Positions 35,281 to 44,849 of a stretch of 64,000 bases of DNA are shown here, one piece after another. Where the stretch lies: assembly GCA_012519745.1 (NCBI GenBank), contig JAAYPO010000050.1, forward strand, positions 664 through 64,663. Reading direction: 5' to 3'. Both the position numbers and the translations under genes were made by a program. The first letter of the stretch is position 1, and every line of letters begins with the position of its first letter. The notes beneath the pieces were generated by a model. The model searched no databases, was not told where the DNA came from, and saw only the letters and a list, made by a program, of their open reading frames with translations. This DNA comes from Clostridiaceae bacterium (GTDB lineage: Bacteria; Bacillota; Clostridia; Acetivibrionales; DTU013).

Positions 35281-36721
35281 GATGATTTTCAGCAGCCTCG
35301 GCACTGTATTGTGCATAGAGGCAGCGCTTATGATTCCTTCTCTGATGGTTTCGCTCATATACAACCAGAATGATGTATATGCGTTTTTGATTTCGATGGT
35401 GATACTGCTGGCTGTCGGTTGCCTGCTCCACCTGCTGAAACCGAAGGACACCCAGATGTATGCCAGGGACGGGTTTGCGATAGTATCATTGTCATGGCTC
35501 TTCGTGTCGGTCTTCGGGGCATTGCCCTTCTTGATCAGCGGGGCTATACCTGCTCCTATCGATGCCTTTTTTGAATCGGTGTCAGGTTTTTCTACCACCG
35601 GAGCAACGATATTGACGCAAGTGGAAAGCCTGCCCAGGGGCATAATGTTCTGGAGGAGCTTCACCCACTGGGTCGGCGGCATGGGAGTTCTGGCATTGAT
35701 GCTGGCCGTATTGCCGTCAGTCAAGGCCAGTACGGTCCATATCATGGTGGCGGAAAGCCCCGGACCCAATCCCGGTAAACTGGTGCCCAAGATAGGGCAG
35801 ACCGTTAAGATACTTTACATCATATACACAGCCATGACGCTGGTGCAGATAATTCTCCTGCTGATATCAGGTATGCCGCTGTATGACTCCATCGTCAATT
35901 CTCTGGGGACCGCCGGGACTGGCGGATTTTCAGTAAAAAACGCCAGCATAGGTGCTTACAATAATGTATTTGCTGAAGTTATCATTTTGGTGTTCATGCT
36001 TCTGTTCGGAACGAATTTCGCACTTCATTATCAGGCTATAAAGGGTAATATCAGGTCGTATTTCCGTGACACGGAGTTCAGGTTTTATCTGGGCCTGGTC
36101 CTTGTTTCAATACTTCTTATTGCGGTCAATATCACAGGAAAAGTGTTCGGCTCATTCTGGGAATCCCTCAGGCATTCGTCATTTCAGGTCGGTTCCGTAA
36201 TAACTACCACCGGCTATGCCACAGCTGATTTCAACCTGTGGCCTTCATTCAGCAAAGCCATACTTGTAATGCTGATGTTCATCGGCGCCGCCGCAGGCTC
36301 GACAGGAGGCGGCATAAAGTGTATACGCATCATACTGCTGATAAAGGTGATGCGTCGTGAGGTATATAAAATAATCCATCCCAGATCCATATATACTGTA
36401 AAAATAAATGGGAAGGCTGTGGATGAGGATGTATTGACCGGAGTCATGGCATTTTTCTATGCCTTCATTTTCATTTTTGTTGCGGCCTTGCTGATAGTTT
36501 CACTGGAAGGCAAGGACTTGATTTCGAACTTTACGGCGGTTACGGCAACGATAGGCAATATAGGGCCGGGCCTTGGCATTGTTGGCCCGACGGGGAATTT
36601 CTCGTCCTATTCGGCCCTGAGCAAGGCTGTTTTCTCATTTTGCATGATAGCCGGAAGGCTGGAGATCTTTCCGGTGATGCTGCTGTTTGCCCCGACCTTC
36701 TGGAAGAGGGTAAATATATAG
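35270..36721 (+). CDS. trkH: Trk potassium uptake system membrane subunit TrkH
   Basis: The ATG at 35270 lies 7 nt after GGAGGA and overlaps the trkA end. Motifs SGFSTTGAT, GTAGTGGFS, TTTGYAT, GPGLG (selectivity-filter-like repeats). Confidence 0.92.
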   Translation: MNYRMIFSSLGTVLCIEAALMIPSLMVSLIYNQNDVYAFLISMVILLAVGCLLHLLKPKDTQMYARDGFAIVSLSWLFVSVFGALPFLISGAIPAPIDAFFESVSGFSTTGATILTQVESLPRGIMFWRSFTHWVGGMGVLALMLAVLPSVKASTVHIMVAESPGPNPGKLVPKIGQTVKILYIIYTAMTLVQIILLLISGMPLYDSIVNSLGTAGTGGFSVKNASIGAYNNVFAEVIILVFMLLFGTNFALHYQAIKGNIRSYFRDTEFRFYLGLVLVSILLIAVNITGKVFGSFWESLRHSSFQVGSVITTTGYATADFNLWPSFSKAILVMLMFIGAAAGSTGGGIKCIRIILLIKVMRREVYKIIHPRSIYTVKINGKAVDEDVLTGVMAFFYAFIFIFVAALLIVSLEGKDLISNFTAVTATIGNIGPGLGIVGPTGNFSSYSALSKAVFSFCMIAGRLEIFPVMLLFAPTFWKRVNI

Positions 36722-36767
36722 AAACAGATGAAAGACCCAAATGGCTTCAAAATAGGTCATAAATATA

Positions 36768-36798
36768 GGAGACAGGGGACATCCCCCTGTCTCCTTTT
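36768..36798. terminator. Bidirectional rho-independent terminator between trkH (+) and the Zn-ribbon/vWA operon (-)
   Basis: GGAGACAGGGG-ACAT-CCCCTGTCTCC, flanked by an A/T run on the left and TTTT on the right. Confidence 0.85.
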
Positions 36799-36806
36799 CG
36801 TCAGGA

Positions 36807-37256
36807 TCACAGCAGTTTATTGCCGCATTCGCCACAGAAACGTGTGTTGGGCGGGTTTTCAGTGCCGCAGCTGCTGCATGCGGAGGAGCCCAGCTTTGCG
36901 CCGCATTCACCGCAGAACTTCACGCCCTCCTGGTTTTCGCTGCCACATTCAGGACATCTGAGAGCCTGTGCCCTTTTTTCCATTGCTTCCTTTTCATCCT
37001 GGGTGGCCTTCATCTGGCTCTGGACCTGTGCGATCCTTCTTTGCAGCGTTTGGATCTCAAGGACTAGATCGCCGAATTCCGGGTCGCTGCTCACATTGCT
37101 GAACACCCTTTTTCCAATGACTGCATAAGCCTGCGTTTCCTGCTGCTGCAGATCATTCAGCTCATTCCCCAGCTGAAACAGCTTTGTATTTGGATCGTCC
37201 TGAGGCATAAATGAGCTGAAGCCTTTCAGTAAACCGCCTAAAATGTCATTTGCCAT
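36807..37256 (-). CDS. Soluble coiled-coil + double zinc-ribbon protein
   Basis: 149 aa with no TM or signal peptide. Central heptad-like helix (LVLEIQTLQRRIAQVQSQMKATQDEKEAMEKRAQAL). C-terminus CPEC...CGEC...CSSC...CGEC. RBS GGGAGG. Confidence 0.75.
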   Translation of the reverse strand: MANDILGGLLKGFSSFMPQDDPNTKLFQLGNELNDLQQQETQAYAVIGKRVFSNVSSDPEFGDLVLEIQTLQRRIAQVQSQMKATQDEKEAMEKRAQALRCPECGSENQEGVKFCGECGAKLGSSACSSCGTENPPNTRFCGECGNKLL

Positions 37257-37281
37257 AATCTTTACCTCCCATTTGATCTAA

Positions 37282-40200
37282 TTACTTTCTGCATAGCTCA
37301 AAGTAGAACTCGGCAGCTTTGTTGAAGCCGTCGCCAAAGCCTGGGATGATATTCACACTCATACTGGCCTCGAATTCCATATTACATAGGTTTGCCACAT
37401 TGATATTCCCTGTAACAGGTCCGCCTCCTACACTGAGCCCGCCTTCGCCGAAGGAAACATCAAATCCTCCGATATTTCCCGAAGTAATGTCATTCAGTCC
37501 GGATTCATCTTTTATGATATCCTTCAAAGTACCTACCGGGTCCTCATAGCAGGCTTGGACCTTGGAGACATGCTTTCCGATCTCCTTTGTTGTTATCTCA
37601 GCAGCTTTGAGCACATTTTCATAATCAGCGTACTTCAGAGAGTAGGCTGCGACTGCCCAGACAGCGGTTTCGACCCCGAAGAAGGTGCCGGCCATGAATT
37701 GTGCGCCGCCCTTTACGACGGCCCTCATCAATGTCTGGATATAGCCTGCTCCCATATGCTCTCCTGTATCGGATACTGAAATGGTCTCATAGGTCTCCGG
37801 ATTTATTTCAAGCCACATCCAGCGTTTTTCACCGCCGAATTCAGTTGGTTTGTCGGTGGCAAAAATAATATTTCTAGTGTTCAAAACACTGCTTATCAGA
37901 CGTTCCGGGAAACCATATTCGCGCATAGGTCCGGCAAATTCCTCCCGCTCTGCCCCGACGGGTATGTATACCAGCCTGGTCCCGCTGGGAGCACTTTGCC
38001 ACAATTTCTGGAAGTTTGTATTTTTGTCTCCCGGTATCATTTCGCCCTCCAGTAATGATGCGAATATGCCGGCTCCGACATTATATGCGTTCTGGGTATC
38101 TATATCTCCGCTGTGGCATTGGTTCAGTGACTGCAGCAGGTCCATCGATGTTCTGAGTATTCCGTCCTTACTGCTCAAACGGGAGGAGACGACAATACAG
38201 CGCGGCTGGCTTGTACGTCCCAGCGTCAGGGCCATTTTAGCGCCTACCTCCTTGTCGTGTACAGTCTGGCCTGTGATGAACCGATTTATTATATTTCGTC
38301 CATACCACCCCAGTGCGGACAAGGCACTGGGATCCCTGGCTGCCTTATACTCACTGGAGGATGCTGCCTCAAGTGATCTTGCGGCATCCTCAGGCAGGTC
38401 GGGGAGATTTACTGCTACATTGAGGTAAACACTGTCCGGCCCATCTCTTTCGGGTATCGAGCTCACATGAGTGAACTTGCTCTCAGAGAACTCTATATCC
38501 ACCTTTATGGCGATTATTTTACACTGGCCGGAATCCACCGAATACTGTTCGGATTGCAGGCCGCCGGGTGCGCTGATGGCAGCAGTGAACAAAGGACCTT
38601 CGCCTTTCCCGATCTCTAAGAAGCCGATTTCTGCCGTATCCGTGCTGAGATCGGCCAATGAGACTGTCATACTGGTCAGCTCTATGTCCTCAAGTATTGT
38701 GGTGGACGAATCTCCGCCGCCTCCAAGTACATTGGATATATCGTTGAGGGATGTAGACGCTGTGTTGCCCTTTGACTCCGTCATTGCCCATACTGTGATT
38801 TTTGCGTCTACAGGCTTGTATTCATCGATATCCTGATGTGTCGTGATGTAAACCAGTCCCTCCAGCTCGCTTATGTCCTTCATAAACGGGATCACAAGCA
38901 ATTTGGTGCCGGTTCCGTCATTGTATGCCAGACCGGGAACAAATTCGGTTTTCAGTTCATTAACGCCTGACAATTCCTTGAGTCTGGCCTTGCCCTCTTC
39001 AGTGAGGGCTATCAGTCTGGATCGAGGCACAAATCCGCATTTTGCCAGCATGCTGCCGGCCAGCTGACCAATATCCCATTCAGTGCCCCAGCCCTGTGTA
39101 AGCACAGCCTCGGGGGAGTAGAGGTAGCGCCATTTGTCATCGGCAGACGGCAGCCATTTTAATGACTGCAGTGTGCTAAATACCTGACTGAGCTCTTTGA
39201 TGGATCTTAATTTTGATATACCATGTGTTACAATGGTCGGGGCAGGTATATGGTTCTTACCGTCCGGCTGGATGAAATCGATGGTTTTTGTATATCCGGT
39301 CAATCCCTCTGAGGACTTGTATGACTGATATTTCTGCTCTGCCTTTTTGACCGCCTCCGACAGCTGCTTTTGGAATTCCTCGTCAAAGAGCATGATATCG
39401 GTTTTTTGCACCAGAAGCTCTGATGAACTGTATGCAGATCTGGCCATCGGCTCGTTCAGATCGGTGAAATAACCGGACTTGAGGACCCAGTCATGCTCCT
39501 CGTCCGGCAGCGTAAACAATACCAGGCCTCTTCGCTGCATCCCGCTGTACACACCCCAGTTTTCATCAATGCCATAAAGCAGGTCGGCTGTTGCCGAATA
39601 CGGGAGCAATACACCGTCCGTTGTGCTTGTATTTCCGAAGTCATCAAATCCGATACTGCCGGTGGATGAGCTGATATCATTATAGGATTCCTCATCCTCG
39701 TAGTACTCTTCTTCTTTGTATTCTTCTTCCTCGTAGTACTCATCATCCTGGTCTTCTTCGTATTCTTCTTCCTCATCGGAGCCTTCTGCAGTCTGCCGGG
39801 CCACAGATGAAAGGTCCATCCTGCCCGAGCCGGCAAGATCTTTGCGGACCAGATAGAGGATGTCCTCCGGGATGACCGCACCTTCCGTGCCCGGGGGACA
39901 GGAGAAGGTAACGTCTGCTACGACCCATCCCGGGCCGAAGTATTCAACCTGATCAAGGGTAGTCAGCTGGTTCACTCTCAGCTGCAAGCCCTGAGAGGAT
40001 AATGAGGGTTTGTTTACGGCATTGCCATAGGCCTTGCCCTGTATGATGGGCAGCTCCAGGCTGGCATCCCGCAGGTCTGCCCAAAGCATGGATTTTGTCC
40101 CTGACAGGGCTTTTGCCACGGGATATGCAAAGCGCACCTTGTTTACAGAGGATGGGGCCAGCTTTACAGGAGACATGAAGCCAAGGGGCAGAGCTGCCGT

Positions 40201-43200
40201 TGCATTACTCAGCCTGGTCATCAAAGAGCCGCTGTTGGTATCGATCTTGAGCATGAACCGTTCGGCGGGTTCGATATCCAGCAGTGCCTGTACCTTTGAG
40301 TCGAACTGTGCCTCGATTACCCTGAAGGCTGTTTTGTCAGCCGCCTTGTAAATATCGATGGTCTCGGTATCTTTTACTGCAGTGACCTTTATTGTAAACG
40401 CATCGGTGATATCAGCCGGAGCCGCTGTGGGCATGCTGTCAAGCTGCAATAGCTCAGTGCTCATCCTTCCTGTCAGCGGCATATGGACATGCCCCTCCGA
40501 GACATCGTAAAAGTGGAGTGATGCCTGGGTCACGGGATCTTGCGGCACAATGAACATTATCATGCCGGATGCGCTTTGTCCTGCCGGGATGGTAATGGCA
40601 GGATCCCCCGGCACGGTTATGGGCTTTTCTGTCAGCCATGTGGCATCAGAGGCCGGGAAGCTTCCGTTGTTGTTGATTGTTATATAAAAGTGATTATGAA
40701 AGCTTGGTATTTCATATGTGATATTATTGGGGGTCACATTCTTCATATCCAGCTCAAGGGCAAGGAAGCATTTGCCATAGGGAGCCTCCAGACCTCTGAA
40801 CTTATCAAAATAGAAGGCGTCCCCTACAGTTATCTCCATTGCGTTGTTTTTTGCTTTCTTGTTGTAAGAAACACGCCTGTTCATTATGGATTCTTCGCCA
40901 GGCTTGCTGGTACCGGTCAGGCGAGAGGCAACCTCTTTGTCATACTGCTTCACAGCAGTGCCGACAGTAAGCATCACAGGCTGGGGATCGGCTGCTTTTC
41001 CTGATTTGGCGGGCCTTGAGAATTCCACATCCACTGAGGAGGCATATTTGAAGGATGCGCCTGATGCTGTCTGCTCATTTATCGAAACGGTCAGGTGCAC
41101 ATTTGGCGAACCCGATCCCGAAGTGATAAGACCCAGTATTTCTTCAAGGGAAGACCTTAAGCCTTCGGCATCCTCGCTTACCACATAACGCCCGCCTGAC
41201 AGCTGGGCAGCCCTTTCGAAGACTTCCTTTTTGTCCTCTACACCCATACCGGCCCAGAGCACTAATATATTATCCTTCTTTATTTCCCCGAGCAGCTTCT
41301 CAAAATCGGCCTGATCATCTTCTTCCACTTCAAGAGCGGCATCTGTCATGAATACCATTACTCTTTTGCTGGTCGGTACGGACATCAGGTTCAGGTAACC
41401 CACTCTGATTGCTTCCAGTATGGGGGTGCCTCCGGCGGCATTAAGGGAGCCAAGGCCATGGAGCATCCTCACTTTATCGCTTGTGGTCATCTGCTGCTGT
41501 TTTATTATACTGCCCCCGAGGGCGCCGGTCTGGAAGCTTGTCATCTGGAAAAGGCTCTGTTCCGGCAGCTTCATTATGAAATCGTGGAACAGTACCTTGG
41601 TCCTATCCATGCGATAGCCGCAGCCCTCGTCTTCTTCAGGGTCCGTATCCATGGAGCCCGAGGCGTCCAATATCAGGCTTATGACAGGCTTGTCCGAAAG
41701 AGCGGACTCTGTGGGGCGCTTGTATTTCATTACAAAGGAATTGCCGAATTTGCTGCCGATAGCCTCAAATACATTGTCCAGTGCCTTGCTGTCCCTGGCA
41801 TCATAGTATTCACCGCCTGAGGCTGCTGCAAAATCCTTAAGGGCCTGCTTGTCGGCTCCTTCTCTGAAGCCGATGGTATACAGAGGTATCCCGGCTTCTT
41901 TTATACAATAGATGACATCATCCTTGGTGGAGCCGCTGCCTTCGCCCTGGCCGTCGATACTGGAATCTGCTCCGTCCGCAAACAGTACGACTGCAGGTCG
42001 GGTCTTGTCTTGGAGCAGCTGTATCCCCTCTATGGTAGCATCAAACAGCACGGTGGAGCCGGATGCCTTTACCGAGGAGAGGCTTTTTATGACAGCCTCC
42101 TTGGTATCGCCTTTAAGTACACGGACAGTTGAGTCAAAATCGATGACCTTTATATAGGTTTTATCCGGCAGACTGTTTATGAATTTTTTAGCAGACTCTA
42201 TGGTTGCGGTCATATGACTGCCCATGGAGCCGGAGGAGTCCAGCACAAGGACTACGCTCGGAGGTGATATCTGCCGCGTGATATCCAGTATCTCGACCTG
42301 CTTTCCGCCTTCGGTAATGACTGTGTTCTTTTTATCGGGGAAAACATCTCTGTTTTGCGGGTCCTCTACCAGCATGGATATGGAGGCAGTATCACCCTCA
42401 TCCTTTGTTTCGGTGATAACTATGCCCCCTGTCAGGTCGCCGGGTTCGGCAAAATACTGGCTGAGGGTCGTATATGCGCTGCCAAGCGAATCGGGTATGG
42501 TCAAGACTGTCTCCTGTCCCGAGCTCACCGGTACAAGTCTGGAAATACACGAGTCCATTCCCGTTGCATCTGTTGGGAGCATGACGTTCCAGTAGCCGGC
42601 AGGGAGCCAAAAAAGGGTATCGCCTTCGGGGGTTATATCTCCCTCCATAGAGTACTCCTGTCCATATTCATATTCCATACCGTTTTGGGGTTCGACCTTA
42701 GCATTCATGAAGGGAACACCGCGAACCTTCAGCGCGCCAAGCTCGTCACCCTGTTTTATCTCAGGGATCTCTCCCAGTTCATTGAGCTTGAAGGTGAATT
42801 CTGCCGGCGCCTGTCCATCCTCCCACCTGAAGCACCAGGTGAGGGGATCGGAGGTCTGCGGCAGATCGTCGAGGACGAATTTGTTGGACTTGAGGGCTGA
42901 AAGCTCCCGCCTGTAAAAAACATTCCTCGTAAGTATGCCGGTTTTGGCAGTGCCTGTCAGTTCAAGGTGGAGTGCGCCTGAGGGAACATATATCTCAGCC
43001 GATTGAAACTTTTTGCCCTCTGTTTGTGTCACAAAGGTCACCGTAGGATCATACTCATCGGGATCCACAGCAGTTGAGAGCTTCGTTTCCCTTCCTGCCT
43101 GGACCCGGGGTTCCTTTACGACGATAAGGGTGTAGCCCTCATCCTCCAGAACGGCATCGCCCCACCAAAGGCTATTTTCATCCTTGCTGTACGTAAAGGT

Positions 43201-43596
43201 GAGCCTGTCGCCGAATGCGCTGGAGTAGATGTTACCGCCAAGCTCGGCAACATATTCCTTCAGAAACTCCAGCGGGATACCTGACGGGTCAGCGACTAGA
43301 AGCACCCAGATCTCGCCAAGGACTGTCTTCTGATTTTCTACAAAGTTTTCTATGTACTTCAGATTATGGGAGCCCTTTGAATAAGATGTACCGGAATAGA
43401 GATCCTGGGAGCCGAGGGGATTGATTTCCGGAACAGGGATATCCCATACACCCACCGGACCTCTTTTTGGACCCTCCACATTTGCGGTGGTCTTCTTGCC
43501 TCCGTCTTTATCAGCGTCCTTGCGTTTAAACAGACAGCCTGAAAAACTGCCCACAAGCAAGGCCGTGATTAGAAATACTGATATGATTTTTTTCAT
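37282..43596 (-). CDS. Giant (2104 aa) lipoprotein with two complete vWA/MIDAS domains, Ig-like beta modules, an acidic E/Y tract, a degenerate transglutaminase-like motif and a ~600-aa unassigned C-terminal region
   Basis: Lipobox LLVGSFSGC. vWA 1 at aa ~447-617 (VVLVLDSSGSMG...GSTVL...FADGAD). vWA 2 at aa ~637-825 (ISLILDASGSMD...AGGTPI...FMTDAA). DUF4352-like modules at aa ~930-1370. EEEEYEEDQDDEYYEEEEYKEEEYYEDEE at aa 1274-1302. Confidence 0.85.
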   Translation of the reverse strand: MKKIISVFLITALLVGSFSGCLFKRKDADKDGGKKTTANVEGPKRGPVGVWDIPVPEINPLGSQDLYSGTSYSKGSHNLKYIENFVENQKTVLGEIWVLLVADPSGIPLEFLKEYVAELGGNIYSSAFGDRLTFTYSKDENSLWWGDAVLEDEGYTLIVVKEPRVQAGRETKLSTAVDPDEYDPTVTFVTQTEGKKFQSAEIYVPSGALHLELTGTAKTGILTRNVFYRRELSALKSNKFVLDDLPQTSDPLTWCFRWEDGQAPAEFTFKLNELGEIPEIKQGDELGALKVRGVPFMNAKVEPQNGMEYEYGQEYSMEGDITPEGDTLFWLPAGYWNVMLPTDATGMDSCISRLVPVSSGQETVLTIPDSLGSAYTTLSQYFAEPGDLTGGIVITETKDEGDTASISMLVEDPQNRDVFPDKKNTVITEGGKQVEILDITRQISPPSVVLVLDSSGSMGSHMTATIESAKKFINSLPDKTYIKVIDFDSTVRVLKGDTKEAVIKSLSSVKASGSTVLFDATIEGIQLLQDKTRPAVVLFADGADSSIDGQGEGSGSTKDDVIYCIKEAGIPLYTIGFREGADKQALKDFAAASGGEYYDARDSKALDNVFEAIGSKFGNSFVMKYKRPTESALSDKPVISLILDASGSMDTDPEEDEGCGYRMDRTKVLFHDFIMKLPEQSLFQMTSFQTGALGGSIIKQQQMTTSDKVRMLHGLGSLNAAGGTPILEAIRVGYLNLMSVPTSKRVMVFMTDAALEVEEDDQADFEKLLGEIKKDNILVLWAGMGVEDKKEVFERAAQLSGGRYVVSEDAEGLRSSLEEILGLITSGSGSPNVHLTVSINEQTASGASFKYASSVDVEFSRPAKSGKAADPQPVMLTVGTAVKQYDKEVASRLTGTSKPGEESIMNRRVSYNKKAKNNAMEITVGDAFYFDKFRGLEAPYGKCFLALELDMKNVTPNNITYEIPSFHNHFYITINNNGSFPASDATWLTEKPITVPGDPAITIPAGQSASGMIMFIVPQDPVTQASLHFYDVSEGHVHMPLTGRMSTELLQLDSMPTAAPADITDAFTIKVTAVKDTETIDIYKAADKTAFRVIEAQFDSKVQALLDIEPAERFMLKIDTNSGSLMTRLSNATAALPLGFMSPVKLAPSSVNKVRFAYPVAKALSGTKSMLWADLRDASLELPIIQGKAYGNAVNKPSLSSQGLQLRVNQLTTLDQVEYFGPGWVVADVTFSCPPGTEGAVIPEDILYLVRKDLAGSGRMDLSSVARQTAEGSDEEEEYEEDQDDEYYEEEEYKEEEYYEDEESYNDISSSTGSIGFDDFGNTSTTDGVLLPYSATADLLYGIDENWGVYSGMQRRGLVLFTLPDEEHDWVLKSGYFTDLNEPMARSAYSSSELLVQKTDIMLFDEEFQKQLSEAVKKAEQKYQSYKSSEGLTGYTKTIDFIQPDGKNHIPAPTIVTHGISKLRSIKELSQVFSTLQSLKWLPSADDKWRYLYSPEAVLTQGWGTEWDIGQLAGSMLAKCGFVPRSRLIALTEEGKARLKELSGVNELKTEFVPGLAYNDGTGTKLLVIPFMKDISELEGLVYITTHQDIDEYKPVDAKITVWAMTESKGNTASTSLNDISNVLGGGGDSSTTILEDIELTSMTVSLADLSTDTAEIGFLEIGKGEGPLFTAAISAPGGLQSEQYSVDSGQCKIIAIKVDIEFSESKFTHVSSIPERDGPDSVYLNVAVNLPDLPEDAARSLEAASSSEYKAARDPSALSALGWYGRNIINRFITGQTVHDKEVGAKMALTLGRTSQPRCIVVSSRLSSKDGILRTSMDLLQSLNQCHSGDIDTQNAYNVGAGIFASLLEGEMIPGDKNTNFQKLWQSAPSGTRLVYIPVGAEREEFAGPMREYGFPERLISSVLNTRNIIFATDKPTEFGGEKRWMWLEINPETYETISVSDTGEHMGAGYIQTLMRAVVKGGAQFMAGTFFGVETAVWAVAAYSLKYADYENVLKAAEITTKEIGKHVSKVQACYEDPVGTLKDIIKDESGLNDITSGNIGGFDVSFGEGGLSVGGGPVTGNINVANLCNMEFEASMSVNIIPGFGDGFNKAAEFYFELCRK

Positions 43597-43670
43597 AGTA
43601 ATAACATACCCCCTATACTCTAGTCAGCTGATGACTGACATACATCAGAGATTTGGCGGCTGTTCCGGCG

Positions 43671-44336
43671 TTAAAGCCTGGTGCCGCACTCTCCACAGAA
43701 TTTGACACCCTGTGCGATTTTTTCGCCGCAGTTGGGACATTTGTTCAGCGACAGATTCTGTCCGCAGTTGTTGCAGAACTTGCCTCCGCCGGAAGGCTTT
43801 CCGCAGTTGGGACAGGTGATGGTCTTGCTTTCGATGGGGCCCCGGAAGACATTGGCTGTTTCGGCTGCCTCTTCGATCTGCTGTACCATTCTGGTTGCCT
43901 TTGCTTTGGCAACGGCAACGTTCTGGCGCGGGGCACATTCAACGCACATGCCTTCGTCCTCGTTGAAATCCGAGTCGCAGATCCACTGGCGGCAGCCATG
44001 GCAGCGGTTGAAATGCTGCTTTGCTTCATTTTGGGCCTTTATGAAGGCTGCCTCATGCTCTTTCTGCCATTCCGGGCTCATGCCGTGGAATCTTTCGGAC
44101 AGCACATCGCTGCCATAGCCTGCACTTCTTGCAACATCGCCTATCGCGCCTCCGAAAAGGCTTCCCAGCGCTCTTGCGCCGCCGGAAATACCACGCAGCA
44201 GCGAGCCCTTCTTATATGTTTCCGACTCGATGAAGGATGATTTAAAGCCGTCGTTGCAGAGGTCACAGTAAAAGGTGAACTGGAAGCCGGCTTCAGTGCT
44301 GTTATCTTCATAGTTGCGGGTGAATGAGTTTAGCAT
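43671..44336 (-). CDS. Soluble multi-zinc-ribbon protein (221 aa)
   Basis: CDLC, CHGC...CVEC, then C-terminal CPNC...CNNC...CPNC...CGEC (double zinc ribbon). Gly-rich segment GGARALGSLFGGAIG. No TM or signal peptide. Confidence 0.7.
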   Translation of the reverse strand: MLNSFTRNYEDNSTEAGFQFTFYCDLCNDGFKSSFIESETYKKGSLLRGISGGARALGSLFGGAIGDVARSAGYGSDVLSERFHGMSPEWQKEHEAAFIKAQNEAKQHFNRCHGCRQWICDSDFNEDEGMCVECAPRQNVAVAKAKATRMVQQIEEAAETANVFRGPIESKTITCPNCGKPSGGGKFCNNCGQNLSLNKCPNCGEKIAQGVKFCGECGTRL

Positions 44337-44372
44337 AATGAGATCTCCTCCTGTGGAATTATTTATATTTGA

Positions 44373-44705
44373 CTATTTTTTTGAAATGACTTTACCGCAT
44401 GCCGTGCATTTTTTGTTCTCAAAAAACTGTCTGCTTTGACAGCGTTTGTTGGGGCATTGGGTCATCAGGCTCTCTCCGCAATGCTCGCAGCTCTCCTGAA
44501 CAAATGTTTTTTCCATGCATTTGGGGCAGAGGATATAAAGGGGTCTTCCGCATCCCCGGCATACAGCATCTCCCTTGCCGACCTCAAGAAGGCAGGCCGG
44601 ACAGCTGTAGATAAAAGGACTCATGCTGCCGCATTTCGGACAGAAATGTGAATCTCTGGGAAGATAATTCCCGCAATGAATGCATGGCTCTTTATAAAAT
44701 GCCAC
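44373..44705 (-). CDS. Small protein made almost entirely of four tandem zinc ribbons (110 aa)
   Basis: Eight Cys pairs (seven CxxC plus CPNKRC): CIHC, CPKC, CPAC, CRGC, CPKC, CEHC, CPNKRC, CTAC. GTG start preceded by GAGGTG. Confidence 0.65.
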   Translation of the reverse strand: MAFYKEPCIHCGNYLPRDSHFCPKCGSMSPFIYSCPACLLEVGKGDAVCRGCGRPLYILCPKCMEKTFVQESCEHCGESLMTQCPNKRCQSRQFFENKKCTACGKVISKK

Positions 44706-44849
44706 GGTATCACCTCACTTTCCTACATAATATATTATAAAGAAACAAATGAGTGAAGTAATCACCTAAATGACAATATATGCAGCAATGGGGGGTGATT
44801 TTAGGGGTGATTTTTCAAAAACATGAACAAAAACTGCCGATGCATAACA

